From assembly GCA_009379925.1 (NCBI GenBank), contig WHSU01000003.1, positions 10,160-74,159 on the forward strand: 64,000 nt of DNA, given 5' to 3'. This document shows positions 12,901 through 21,757 of the stretch, piece by piece. The stretch comes from Dehalococcoidia bacterium. GTDB taxonomy: Bacteria; Chloroflexota; Dehalococcoidia; UBA2979. Under the pieces are notes generated by a model. The model saw only the letters and a program-made list of their open reading frames with translations. It had not been told where the DNA came from and searched no databases. The first letter of the stretch is position 1. The number at the start of each line of letters is the position of its first letter. The position numbers were made by a program, and so were the translations under genes.

Positions 12901-13659
12901 CGTGCGCTCAGCACGCGGCAGGGCAAGCCGTTCTGCGCGCTGACCGTGGAGGACCTGAGCGGCCCCACGGAACTGACCGTGTGGCCGGACTCCTATGAGC
13001 AGTGCCGCGGCCTGCTCGTCGAGGGCAATATCCTGCTGGCGAAGGTCCAGGTGCGCTCGCGCGGCGAGCGCCTGACCGTGGCGGTGCAGGAACTGGCCGC
13101 ATACGACAGCGAGGCAGGCGAGATGCTGGACTTCCAGCCGGGCAAGTTCCGCCCGAACGCGAACCCACCGGCCCGCGGCCCGTGGCGCCGCCCCGCGTCC
13201 AACGGCGCCCCACCACCGCCGTCCGGCCCGCCCGGAGGCTCCGGTGGCCCGCGTGGCGGTCTGCGTGCCGTCGTAGGCACCGAGGAGCGCGCGGTGGCGG
13301 AGGCGCCCGCCGCATATGGAGCGGGCGAGCCACGGCGTGACGAGCCCGGCCCTCGACGCCTGCGCATCCAGGTGGAAGAGACCACGGACGAGGCGGCGGA
13401 CCTGCGCCGCATCCGGAAGATCTGCGCCGCGCTCGACCGCTACCCGGCGGACGATGACGGGCTCCCGGTGGAACTGCGCATCCGTCGGCGCGACCAGTCC
13501 GAAGGCCGTCTGCGCCGCGGCGCCGTTGCGTCGAGCGCCACCGAGCGGCTCATCCCGGAGCTGCAGGTGCTGCTCGGTGTCCTGGGCACCGCGGGCGAGG
13601 TCGGCGCCGTCGAGGCCCCCGAGCGCGTGCGTGAACTGGCGGTCGTCGGCGGGGGGTAA
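9928..13659 (+). CDS. dnaE: DNA polymerase III alpha subunit
   Basis: PHP domain MFTHLHTHSEFSLLDG, polymerase core (GVRGSAAAS, LLKMDFLGL, FRPGPM), an OB fold, and a C-terminal domain. The ATG at 9928 has the GGGGAG RBS. The track ORF start at 9823 is an upstream extension. Confidence 0.95.
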   Translation: MFTHLHTHSEFSLLDGMSKIPDLVERAKMLGQDALAITDHGAMYGAIQFYEAAKAQGIKPIIGLEAYVSPGSRFDKDAKSRWPYHLTLLAQNAEGYQNLLKLSSASHLEGFYYRPRVDRELLEQHNAGIIALSACPSGELMLALRDGRDEDARAVAGWYSDLFKDRYYVELQEHGQDEFSRFNPKLVELARRMDLPLVVTNDSHYTSPEQHRAHDTLLCIGTNSTIHDEGRFQLDGDSFYLKSEQEMRALFPELPEAADNTARIAEQVDIRLDFGRTMLPDPGVPDGMTAAEYLRQLSEEGLARRYPHATDAHRERLRYELDVVGQTGFDEYMLIVRDIAQFARRQGIMMGVRGSAAASIILYCTDVTDIEPLQYGLVFERFLNPERISMPDVDFDFADDRREEVIRYTAERYGRDRVAQICTFGTLGAKAAIRDTGRALGVNFGDTDRVARMVPDALHITLDKALDESSELKAAYEAEPQVHDLVDTARSLEGVARHASTHAAGIVISRDPLTDIVPLQRATSSKADDESLPTTQYAMGDIDKIGLLKMDFLGLTNLSILGAAVEMIRRERGEDIDLMTLPDGDPATADLLSNGETFGVFQMESSGMRRYVVDLKPQNIRELAAMVALFRPGPMEHIPRYIEVKHARAEPHYPHPDLAEVLDETYGVITYQDQVLQIARRFAGYSLGQADVMRKAMGKKIAAVMLQEREGFIQGALAQGYERKTAETLFDLIEPFAGYAFNKAHAFSYGTIAWQTAYLKAHYPVEYMAAVLMSAGGSQDRIAAAIAECTRLKVPVLAPDVNRSEVNFSIERMPDGVEAIRFGLAQVKNVGAGGIITLIEEREANGPFESVEDFARRLNPREVNKRVIESLTKAGALDSLGDRGAIIGGVDRILSLAQQEQRLRETGQSSMFDLFGAQVDTPLPALELGTVEVPSGQLLAWEKELLGTYISDHPFKRAAARLGEYVSAQTAELTEDLAGQEAVVAGMVVGVRALSTRQGKPFCALTVEDLSGPTELTVWPDSYEQCRGLLVEGNILLAKVQVRSRGERLTVAVQELAAYDSEAGEMLDFQPGKFRPNANPPARGPWRRPASNGAPPPPSGPPGGSGGPRGGLRAVVGTEERAVAEAPAAYGAGEPRRDEPGPRRLRIQVEETTDEAADLRRIRKICAALDRYPADDDGLPVELRIRRRDQSEGRLRRGAVASSATERLIPELQVLLGVLGTAGEVGAVEAPERVRELAVVGGG

Positions 13660-13731
13660 CCGACGTGTATGGGCTGCTTGCGAGTCAGGTAGACTGAAAG
13701 CAACCCGCCCACCCGCGGCTACCGAGGTCCC

Positions 13732-14718
13732 ATGGCTCAGCGACTCACCCAGGAGCCTGCGAGCGCCGATCTGCACCAGGTGATCGCCTCGGTGCGGGCG
13801 GAGATCGCGCGCGTCATCGTCGGGCAACAGGACCTCATCGACCGGCTGCTGGTCGCCCTGCTCACGAACAATCACGCCCTCATCGAGGGCGTCCCGGGGC
13901 TCGCGAAGACACTCACCGTCTCCACGCTGGCGGCGGCGCTTGAATGCACGTTCTTCCGCATCCAGTTCACGCCGGACCTGCTGCCGGCCGACATCACCGG
14001 GACGCTGGTGTTCAGCCCGCAGGAGGGCGACTTCCACGTGCGCCGCGGCCCGATCTTCGCCAACGTCGTGCTGGCCGACGAGATCAACCGCGCACCGGCG
14101 AAGGTGCAGTCGGCTCTGCTCGAGGCGATGCAGGAACGCCAGGTGTCGATCGGCGGCGAGTCGTTGGCCCTGCCGGACCCCTTTCTGGTACTCGCCACGC
14201 AGAACCCGATCGAGCATGAGGGCACGTATCCGCTGCCCGAGGCGCAACTCGACCGCTTCATGCTCAAGATCCACGTGGACTACCCACAACGCGACGAGGA
14301 GCGCACGATCCTCGACCGCGCGCTCGACGACCTCGCCGCCGCACCCTCCGCGGTCGCCGGGGCCATACAGATCGAGGAGCTGCGCGACGCCGTCAGCAAG
14401 GTCGAGGTGAACGAGCGCATCCGCGAGTACGTGGTGCGCCTGGTGGAGGCGACGCGCGAGCCGGGCCGCTATCGGATGCCGGACCTCGCCCCGCTCATCG
14501 AGTTCGGTGCGTCACCCCGCGCGGCGGTCTTCCTCGCCCGCGGCGCCCAGGCGTACGCCTTCACCCAGGGCCGCGACTACGTGACCCCGGACGACGTCAA
14601 GACGCTGGCGCCCGATGTGCTGCGGCATCGCCTCGTCATCACCTACGAAGCGGAGGCGCAGTCCGTCACGCAGGACGCGATCGTGACACGGCTGCTCGAG
14701 GGCGTGGGGATTCCTTGA
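13732..14718 (+). CDS. MoxR-family AAA+ ATPase (module 1)
   Basis: IEGVPGLAKT Walker [60 protein letters not shown]. Confidence 0.9.
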   Translation: MAQRLTQEPASADLHQVIASVRAEIARVIVGQQDLIDRLLVALLTNNHALIEGVPGLAKTLTVSTLAAALECTFFRIQFTPDLLPADITGTLVFSPQEGDFHVRRGPIFANVVLADEINRAPAKVQSALLEAMQERQVSIGGESLALPDPFLVLATQNPIEHEGTYPLPEAQLDRFMLKIHVDYPQRDEERTILDRALDDLAAAPSAVAGAIQIEELRDAVSKVEVNERIREYVVRLVEATREPGRYRMPDLAPLIEFGASPRAAVFLARGAQAYAFTQGRDYVTPDDVKTLAPDVLRHRLVITYEAEAQSVTQDAIVTRLLEGVGIP

Positions 14719-14719
14719 G

Positions 14720-15652
14720 GTGGCGGCAGCGCCTCTCCCGCTGACCGACGAGCGGGTCGACCCGACCATCGGAGGGGTCGTCACGCCCGAGCTGCTGGCG
14801 CAGGTCCGGCGCATCGAGATCCGCGCGCGCCGGCTCACCAGCACCCTGCTCTCCGGCGACTACCGCAGCATCTTCCGTGGCACCGGCATCGAGTTCGCGG
14901 ACGCGCGCGAGTACGTACCGGGCGACGACGTGCGGCGCATCGACTGGAACGTGACGGCGCGCATGGGCACGCCGTGGGTCAAGGAGTTCGTCGAAGAGCG
15001 CGAACTGGCCGTGGTCTGCGCCGTCGACCTCTCGGCCTCGCAGCTCGTCGGGCGGCCGCAGGCCGGGCGGCTCGGCGTGGCCGCGGAACTGACGGCGCTC
15101 CTGGGGTTCGCCGCGGTCAACAACCAGGACCGCGCCGGCCTCATGACGTTCAGCGACCGGGTCGAGCGTTTCGTCCCACCGGCACGAGGCGCACGCCACG
15201 TGCTGCGCCTCGTGCGCGAGGTGCTGCTGCACGCACAGCCGGACCGCGCGACCGACATCACCCTGGCCGTGGACTATCTCGCGCGCGTGCTTGGACGGCG
15301 CTCCGCCGTCTTCCTCATCTCCGACTTCTTCGCCGAGGGCTACATCGCCTCCTTGCGCACGCTCGCGCGGCGGCACGAGGTGATCGCCCTCGTCCTCGTC
15401 GACCCGGTCGACCTGGAGTTGCCGGACGCCCGCATCGTGGAGATGCAGCCTGTGGAGGGTGGACCACGGGTCCTGCTCGACACCTCCGACGCTGGCGTCC
15501 GTGCCCGCTATGCGGAGGCCGCCCAGCGGCGGGCGCGGGAGCGACGTCTGAGCCTGTCATCGGCGGGAGTTGACCACGTCGAGATCCGGCTGGACCAGGA
15601 CCCCGTCGCGCCGCTGGCGGCCTACTTCCGGCGGCGGGCGCTCACTCGATGA
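14720..15652 (+). CDS. DUF58 domain protein (MoxR partner, module 1)
   Basis: FADAREYVPGDDVRRIDWNVTARMGTPWVKEF is the DUF58 signature. The GTG start is 1 nt after the moxR stop. Confidence 0.85.
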   Translation: MAAAPLPLTDERVDPTIGGVVTPELLAQVRRIEIRARRLTSTLLSGDYRSIFRGTGIEFADAREYVPGDDVRRIDWNVTARMGTPWVKEFVEERELAVVCAVDLSASQLVGRPQAGRLGVAAELTALLGFAAVNNQDRAGLMTFSDRVERFVPPARGARHVLRLVREVLLHAQPDRATDITLAVDYLARVLGRRSAVFLISDFFAEGYIASLRTLARRHEVIALVLVDPVDLELPDARIVEMQPVEGGPRVLLDTSDAGVRARYAEAAQRRARERRLSLSSAGVDHVEIRLDQDPVAPLAAYFRRRALTR

Positions 15653-16650
15653 GCCCGCTGCGCATGCGCGTCGCGCGAGCATGTCCGAGCTACGCCGTGC
15701 TCCTCGCCGCCGCGGTCTGCCTCGGGCTGCTGTCTCCGTCAATGGCCGCGGCGCAGGAGGCGCCCCCCATCGAGGCGGAGGCGACGCTCGACGCCGACCA
15801 GACGACGCTGGGGAGCCACGTCCGCCTCCTAGTCACGGTGCGCCACCCGGAGGACCTGCTGATCACGGCGGCCGACCCCGTGACCGTTGAGGGCATCGAG
15901 CTGGTGCGCCGTGAGCCCGAGACCATGGTGCTGGAGGAGGCGAGCGGCGGCGCGACAACGACCTTCCGCTTCGTGCTGGCGGGCTACGAGCTGGGCCCGC
16001 TCCAGCCCGGCGCCATCGACCTCTCGTGGCTGCGCGAGGACGGCCTGACGGGCGCGACGCAGGTGCAGCCCCCGGCCTTCGAGGTGATGCCCGTGCGCGC
16101 GCCGGATGACCAGGCGCTACGGCCGCTGAAACCGCAGGCGATCGTGGGCGGTGCACCGGCCGCGTGGGTGCGCCCGGTGATCGTGGCGGGCGCGGCCGCC
16201 GGCACACTGGCGATTGCGCTGTTCGCGTGGGTTTCGCTGCGAAAGCGTGGCGGCGAGGCGGAGGACGACCTGCCCGCGCCGGAGATGAGCCCGGAGGACG
16301 TGGCGCGCGCCCGCCTGGATGCGCTGGCGGCCGGCGGACCGGCCCGTTGGACGGAGTACCCGGCGTACTACGGCGCGATCTCGCTGATCCTTCGGCAGTA
16401 CCTGGAGGCGCGCTTCACGTTTCGCGCGACTGCCTTCACCACCGCCGAGCTGGAGCGCCGCATGTCCTCCGCGGGGGTGAGCCGATGGCAGGCGCGCCTC
16501 GTCGCCGGCCTGCTGACGAGGTGCGACGCGGCCGTCTACGCCGGAGTCTTCCCGGACCCGGCCTCCGCCGACCACGACCTGACCGTGGCCTACGAGATCG
16601 TGGAACTGTCGCGGCCGCGGCCTCAGCTGGCCGAGGCGGTGCCGGCATGA
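15649..16650 (+). CDS. BatD/DUF4381-like membrane protein (signal peptide, beta-sandwich ectodomain, one TM helix, cytoplasmic helical tail)
   Basis: The N-terminal hydrophobic signal ends AAAQE. A TM segment is VIVAGAAAGTLAIALFAWVSL. The position matches Bat-type operons. ATGA overlaps occur at both ends. Confidence 0.55.
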   Translation: MSPLRMRVARACPSYAVLLAAAVCLGLLSPSMAAAQEAPPIEAEATLDADQTTLGSHVRLLVTVRHPEDLLITAADPVTVEGIELVRREPETMVLEEASGGATTTFRFVLAGYELGPLQPGAIDLSWLREDGLTGATQVQPPAFEVMPVRAPDDQALRPLKPQAIVGGAPAAWVRPVIVAGAAAGTLAIALFAWVSLRKRGGEAEDDLPAPEMSPEDVARARLDALAAGGPARWTEYPAYYGAISLILRQYLEARFTFRATAFTTAELERRMSSAGVSRWQARLVAGLLTRCDAAVYAGVFPDPASADHDLTVAYEIVELSRPRPQLAEAVPA

Positions 16651-17606
16651 ACTTCGCCACGCCGCTCGCGTTCGCGCTCCTGCCGCTGCTGGCGGCCATC
16701 GCACTGGCCTCGGTGCTCCGCCCCCGCCGCCATGCCGCGCTCGCGGTCGCCGAGGATGGCGTTGCGCGGGCCGCTGCGGCTGTGCCCTCGTGGCGCATCC
16801 GCCTGCGATGGCTCCCCACGCTGCTCCGCTGGACCGCCATCGCGCTGCTCATCTTCGCCCTCGCGCGGCCGCGGCAGGGGCTGGCGGTCACGCTCCTGCC
16901 GGAGGAGGGCATCGACGTGGTCGTGACCGTCGATGCCTCATCCTCGATGTCGTCGACGCCCACGTCGCCAGGCGGCCCGTTCCGGCTCAACGTGGCCCGC
17001 GACGTCGTGGGCGATTTTGTCGAGACCCTCGATGGCGACCGCGTCGGCATCGTGATCTTCCAGTCGCGCGCGCTGGCGCTGTCTCCGCTGACACACGACC
17101 TGCGGGCGATCCAGGACCGTGTGGAGTCGCTGCGCTCCGGGCTCGTGGAGGACGGCACCGCGATCGGCCTCGGGGTCACGGAGGCGCTGACGCTGCTGGA
17201 GGAGTCGCCCGCGCGCAACCGCGTGGTGGTGCTGCTCACGGACGGCCAGAACAACGCGGGCGACGTGGACCCGATGACCGCCGCGCGCGTCGCGGAGGCG
17301 ACGGGCGTCCGCCTCTACACGATCGGCTTCACGCAGGGCCCCGGCGGCCTCCAGCAGCCCGGCATCGTGGACGCGCAGGGCCTCACCCGGATGGCGGAGC
17401 TGACCGGCGGCCATTTCTTCGACGCGCGCACGCAGACGGAGCTGGCGGAGGCCTACGCGGAGATCGGCGAACTGGAGCGGTCGAGGGTCGGCGAGCGTCA
17501 GTTCACCCGCTTCCGCGAGTTCGCGCCCATCGTCGCAGCCGCCGCCCTCGCGCTGCTGGTGCTGGACGGCACGCTGCGCGGCACCTGGCTGCGGAGGTAC
17601 CCGTGA
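16647..17606 (+). CDS. VWA-domain membrane protein (BatA-like)
   Basis: N-terminal TM MNFATPLAFALLPLLAAIALA and MIDAS motif DVVVTVDASSSMS, plus VVLLTDGQNNAGD. The track ORF start (16164) is an artefactual extension. Confidence 0.85.
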   Translation: MNFATPLAFALLPLLAAIALASVLRPRRHAALAVAEDGVARAAAAVPSWRIRLRWLPTLLRWTAIALLIFALARPRQGLAVTLLPEEGIDVVVTVDASSSMSSTPTSPGGPFRLNVARDVVGDFVETLDGDRVGIVIFQSRALALSPLTHDLRAIQDRVESLRSGLVEDGTAIGLGVTEALTLLEESPARNRVVVLLTDGQNNAGDVDPMTAARVAEATGVRLYTIGFTQGPGGLQQPGIVDAQGLTRMAELTGGHFFDARTQTELAEAYAEIGELERSRVGERQFTRFREFAPIVAAAALALLVLDGTLRGTWLRRYP

Positions 17607-19387
17607 TGGGCGTCGACTTCCTCCCGCTGCGCTTCGAGTACCCGCTCGCCCTCCTGACGCTGCTCACGCTCGTGCCGCTGGCGTGGGCGCTGCGCTACGC
17701 GGCCGCGCGACGCCTCGAGGCGGACGCCGCCTTCGGCGGCCACGCCAGCCTGCGCCTGGGCGCGAGTCCCGGCCGGCGGCGCGTGCGCGATGTGATGCTG
17801 ATCGGAGCAGCCGCACTGCTCGCGATCGCGGTGGCGCGGCCCCAGTGGGGCACGCAAGACGCGCGGGTGGAGCGTCGCGGCATCGACGTGGTCGTCGCAC
17901 TCGATGTCTCCCGCTCGATGAGCGCCGCGGACGTGGCGCCGTCCCGGGCGGAAGCCTCCGCCGCCGGGCTCGGGGAACTGCTGACGCACCTGCGGGGTGA
18001 CCGTGCGGGCCTCGTCACGTTCGCCGGGACCGCCTTCGAACGCTCACCGCTGACGCTGGACCTGGGCGCCCTGGACACGCTGGTCCAGCGCGCGCAGCAG
18101 GAGGAACTGCTCGTGCGCCCCGGCAGCGACCTCGGTGGCGCCATCGAGGCCTCGCTCGAAGTACTCGACGTGGACGACCCGGCGGACGCCCAGGTGATTG
18201 TGCTCGTATCGGACGGTGAGGACCTGGGCGAAGGCCTGGAGCCCGCGATGGCGCAAGCGCTGGACCAGGGGGTCCGTGTCTACACGGTGGTCGCCGGCAC
18301 CGAGGCGGGCGCGGAGATCACGGACCAGATCGCGCCGGAGATGACGCGCGCGGACCGAACCACCCTCGCCGCCATCGCGGAGACGACGGGCGGCGAGCTA
18401 CGCGAACTCGAGTCACTGCCGGGCCTGGCAGTGGCGTTCCGGCGGCTGCGGCAAAGCCTGTTTGACGAGGAGACCGAGCGCGCTCCGGTGGAGCGCTTCC
18501 AGTGGTTCCTGGGCGGCGCCCTGCTGCTCTTGCTGTTACAGGGCGCCGTGGGCGAAGCGGCACGCGTGCGGCCTCCGATGCCCGGGCGGCGTGCCGCGGT
18601 TGGCGCGTTCGGCGCCGGCGCCCTCCTCCTCTTCGGGTGCGGCGGCAGCGCGGTCTACCAGCACGTGACGGAGGGCAACGAGGCGCACGAGGAAGGACGC
18701 TTCGACGACGCGCTCGCGGCCTACGGCCGGGCCGACGAACTGTCACCCGAGGACCCGGCCATCGACTACAACCTCGGGAACTCGCTGCACGAACTACGAC
18801 GCTTCGAGGAGGCCTCGGTCGCCACCGGCGCCGCGCTGGCCGCGACAGAGGACCCGGAACTGGCGACGCGCATCCACTACGCCCTGGGCGGCCACGCAAT
18901 CATGCGGGGCGAACTGGAAGAGGCGCGCGCGGCCTACATCGAGACCCTCCGGCGCACGCCGGAGGACCAGGACGCCAAGGCCAACCTTGAACTGGTGCTG
19001 CGGGCGCTGGCCCCCACGCCAACGCCGCCTCCGGGAGACCAGGAGGGGCCGGGCGACGGACCGCAGGGCGGCGGGACACCGGTGCCGACGCCAGGCGGAG
19101 GCGACCCGCAGCCGGGCACCCCCGGCGGTCAGCCCGGTGCCCCGCAACCAGGCGGCACGCCGGCGACCGACCCCGCCTCACCGGGCGGGCCGGACGGCGC
19201 ACCCGGCGGCGAGGGCGGCCGCGAGGCCGCACTGGCGGAGGCACGGGCGGACCTGGCGGAGGCGATCGCCGAGGCGGGACCCGAGATCACCCTCGAAGAA
19301 GCGCAGCGGATCCTGGAACTGGCCCGGCGGGCCAACGCGCTGGAGTCACTTCGGTCGCCCGGCGGCGGAGGCAGCGTCCCGCGGTAG
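17606..19387 (+). CDS. VWA + TPR protein with Pro/Gly-rich tail (BatB/BatC-like)
   Basis: MGVDFLPLRFEYPLALLTLLTLVPLAWAL, MIDAS motif DVVVALDVSRSMS, and TPR-like helices (NEAHEEGRFDDALAAYGRADEL...). The ATG at 17606 overlaps the previous stop. Confidence 0.85.
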   Translation: MGVDFLPLRFEYPLALLTLLTLVPLAWALRYAAARRLEADAAFGGHASLRLGASPGRRRVRDVMLIGAAALLAIAVARPQWGTQDARVERRGIDVVVALDVSRSMSAADVAPSRAEASAAGLGELLTHLRGDRAGLVTFAGTAFERSPLTLDLGALDTLVQRAQQEELLVRPGSDLGGAIEASLEVLDVDDPADAQVIVLVSDGEDLGEGLEPAMAQALDQGVRVYTVVAGTEAGAEITDQIAPEMTRADRTTLAAIAETTGGELRELESLPGLAVAFRRLRQSLFDEETERAPVERFQWFLGGALLLLLLQGAVGEAARVRPPMPGRRAAVGAFGAGALLLFGCGGSAVYQHVTEGNEAHEEGRFDDALAAYGRADELSPEDPAIDYNLGNSLHELRRFEEASVATGAALAATEDPELATRIHYALGGHAIMRGELEEARAAYIETLRRTPEDQDAKANLELVLRALAPTPTPPPGDQEGPGDGPQGGGTPVPTPGGGDPQPGTPGGQPGAPQPGGTPATDPASPGGPDGAPGGEGGREAALAEARADLAEAIAEAGPEITLEEAQRILELARRANALESLRSPGGGGSVPR

Positions 19388-21757
19388 GCGGGAACGCCGT
19401 CCGGGCATCAGCCGCCGGGCCACCACGCGCCAGAGCCGGTTCCGCACTCGCCGGTAGTGACCATCCATCTCCGTCGCCTCGGCCTCCGGCTCCTCACGAC
19501 CCGGCTGCCCGTAACGGGCCCGCGTGTAGGAGCGCCCCAGGCCGGCCAGCGCACGAGGCTCGCCGGTCGCCGCCGTCAGCTCGGACGTGGCCTCCAGCGG
19601 GGTGCGCGTGGCGTCCGGCCAGACGCCCGCCCACGAGGCGAGACGCTGCAACTTCGCCCAGCGGCGCGCGGGCGGCGCCAGTCCTCGGAACTGGTGCTCC
19701 CACGCCATGCGGACCGCGAACCCGAGCATCAGCAGCGCGAACGCCACACCGACCACCACGGTCAGCACGCGCACCACCACGGCGCCGACGCCCGGGCCTG
19801 AGTCTAGCTGCGCAACCGGCCCGGTCGTGCCGCCCAGTTCGGCCTCGTCGAGCAGCAGCTCCTCGAGCAACAGTTCCTCGAGCGCCGGGTCCAGTCCGAA
19901 GCCGGCGCCCGGGTTGTTCGGGTCCGCGAAGAACTCGGAGTCGTCGCCCGGCCGCGTGACCAGCGCGCGCGACGGCGTGGGGTTGAACTCGACCCAGCCG
20001 AGGCCGGAGAAGTAGACCTCTGGCCAGGCCCACGCGCGCTCCTCGGTCAGCGTGTAGCGCTTCGTCTCGCTGTCGTAGTCCCGCTCGTCCAGCGCGAAGC
20101 CCGCACCGAGGCGCGCCGGCACGCCCAGCGTGCGCAGCATCACCACCATCGCGGAGGCGTGGTAGTCGAAGTACCCGGACTGGGCGTCGAAGAGGAACCA
20201 GTCGACCACGTCCCGCCGGGGCGGCGGGGTTTCGACCTTCAGCGTGTACGGGAAATTGTCGCGCAGGTGCTGCTCGATGCGCCGTGCGGCGTCATACGGG
20301 TGCGGCGCGTCGCCGGCGACCTCGCGCGCCAGCTCGGCCACACGCGAGGGCAGGCCATCCGGGAGCTGCGTGTAGCGCGCAGCCAGCGGCTCGGGATAGA
20401 GGGGCGAGGAGGCGCGCAGCGTCTCGATGGTGGCGGCGGAGACGGTGCCTACCGTCGAGTAGGTGTCGCCGCCGTCGACGCGCGACCGCGGCTCGAGCCC
20501 CACGATGTCCGAGGAGCCGGCGCCGAGCAGCAGTTCCGCCTCGACATCCGCCGCAAGCGCCTCTCCGAAGGTCAGCAGCCGCTGGTCCGGCACCTCGCCG
20601 AGCACGGACACCTCGATGGCGATCGGGTTGCGCACCTGCTCACGCGTCTCTGGCGTGCCGAACTCCGCCGCGCCCACGGTCGTCCCGGACAGCGGCACGG
20701 CCTGGACGCCGGAGGCGCGCCAGCCGGCGCCCGTGTACTGGTCGTAGACCGCGCCGCGCAGGTTCCCCGGCTGGGGCGCGTCCACCTCCAGCATCGGGTC
20801 CGTCCGCAGGGTGACCTGGCCCTGCAGCGGGAGCACCTCCCCGAAGGAGTGCATGGGCAGCCCCCTCTTCGAGCCGATGCCCACAAAGAGCCGTCCGATG
20901 CGGTCGACGCGGTCGGTCACCGGCTCCATGACCCGCATCCAGGTGTCCGACACGGGGCCCCAGTTGTTCGCCGTCGGGACGGCCCACGCGAAGACGATGA
21001 GCAGCAACGCCACCCAGGCGCCGGTCATCAGCACCTCGAAGGACATGTACTCGGGCTGGAAGACCCCTTCGCGCCGCCAGCGCCCCAGCGCACGCAGGAA
21101 GTGGAGGCGCGTGACCAGCAGCACGGCGCCGAAGAGGAAGATGATGAACGAAGCGGACGGCTGGCCCGGCAGATAGGAGATGTTGGTCAGCAGCACGAAC
21201 CCCGCCGGGATCAGCGCCGCCCACGCGTTCTTCCAGCGCACCACCGCCCACGCCGAGAGGAACGCGACGCTCCACACCACGAGCACCAGCAGGGCGACGA
21301 AGGGGAGGGGGTCGCTGGAGATCCCGCCCTCCAGCAGGGCGACGCCCCAGTCACGCAGGCGGAGCCACAGTTCCGTCCACCGGGTGGTGACGGTGTCCTC
21401 CAGCGACGGGTTGCCGATCACCATCGTGTGCATCACGAGCGCGACCATGGTCGCGAGGCCCGCCGCGAGGCCAACGACGCTCAGGAGCGCCGCCCGCGCG
21501 GGCAGGTGCGCTAGCAGCCAGCCGGCCACAAGGCCGGTCAGCGACGCCGCCAGCAGGGATGGCATCTCGTTGACCCAGTTCGCGGACTCCAGCGATGCGA
21601 CGACCGGGAATTGCACCAGCAGCAGCATGCCGAAGGTCAGCCAGGCCTCCCAGGAGCCGAGCGCCGTCAGCAGCGGGTGCCGCTCGCGCGACGCCTGCTC
21701 CTCCTCGGTGCGCGCCCGAGGCGGTGCGTAGATCTGCTCCCAGGAGATATTCGCCAT
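19346..21757 (-). CDS. Polytopic membrane protein with transglutaminase-like domain (TgpA/DUF3488-type architecture); catalytic triad substituted
   Basis: An N-terminal multi-TM region is followed by a TGase-core-like segment: GYFDYHASAMVVMLRTLGVPARL ... RAWAWPEVYFSGLGWVEFNPTP. It aligns to the canonical G.C..FA / HAW.EV / W..FDPT pattern with C->F, H->W and D->N. It lies immediately downstream of DUF58 and MoxR. Confidence 0.85.
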   Translation of the reverse strand: MANISWEQIYAPPRARTEEEQASRERHPLLTALGSWEAWLTFGMLLLVQFPVVASLESANWVNEMPSLLAASLTGLVAGWLLAHLPARAALLSVVGLAAGLATMVALVMHTMVIGNPSLEDTVTTRWTELWLRLRDWGVALLEGGISSDPLPFVALLVLVVWSVAFLSAWAVVRWKNAWAALIPAGFVLLTNISYLPGQPSASFIIFLFGAVLLVTRLHFLRALGRWRREGVFQPEYMSFEVLMTGAWVALLLIVFAWAVPTANNWGPVSDTWMRVMEPVTDRVDRIGRLFVGIGSKRGLPMHSFGEVLPLQGQVTLRTDPMLEVDAPQPGNLRGAVYDQYTGAGWRASGVQAVPLSGTTVGAAEFGTPETREQVRNPIAIEVSVLGEVPDQRLLTFGEALAADVEAELLLGAGSSDIVGLEPRSRVDGGDTYSTVGTVSAATIETLRASSPLYPEPLAARYTQLPDGLPSRVAELAREVAGDAPHPYDAARRIEQHLRDNFPYTLKVETPPPRRDVVDWFLFDAQSGYFDYHASAMVVMLRTLGVPARLGAGFALDERDYDSETKRYTLTEERAWAWPEVYFSGLGWVEFNPTPSRALVTRPGDDSEFFADPNNPGAGFGLDPALEELLLEELLLDEAELGGTTGPVAQLDSGPGVGAVVVRVLTVVVGVAFALLMLGFAVRMAWEHQFRGLAPPARRWAKLQRLASWAGVWPDATRTPLEATSELTAATGEPRALAGLGRSYTRARYGQPGREEPEAEATEMDGHYRRVRNRLWRVVARRLMPGRRSRLPRDAASAAGRPK

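Noticed and set aside
13150-13659. Apparent ~170-aa C-terminal extension of DnaE after the OB fold (possible fused extra domain)
   Set aside because: After a Pro/Gly-rich linker, the tail (RLRIQVEETTDEAADLRRIRKICAALDRYPADDDGLPVELRIRR...LIPELQVLLG) follows the usual pattern of the DnaE C-terminal (tau-binding) domain. It is therefore a linker insertion rather than a novel fusion.
12610-14289. 559-aa minus-strand ORF
   Set aside because: It is antisense to the dnaE 3' end and moxR, both with strong family signatures.
16164-17605. Long N-terminal extensions of track ORFs (16164-16646, 16790-17605; likewise 2937-3326, 44356-44880, 43508-43753, 29214-29474, 55423-55665)
   Set aside because: The extensions overlap well-supported upstream genes or repeat/riboswitch DNA and are low-complexity. 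Internal starts with stop-start overlaps or an RBS fit the family N-termini.
18990-19240. Pro/Gly-rich tract in the VWA-TPR protein (and the Pro/Thr/Ser tracts at 24400-24600, 51150-51300 and 58150-58290) as possible DNA-level tandem repeats or collagen-like domains
   Set aside because: I saw no regular nucleotide periodicity. They behave as ordinary low-complexity linkers between domains of extracytoplasmic proteins.
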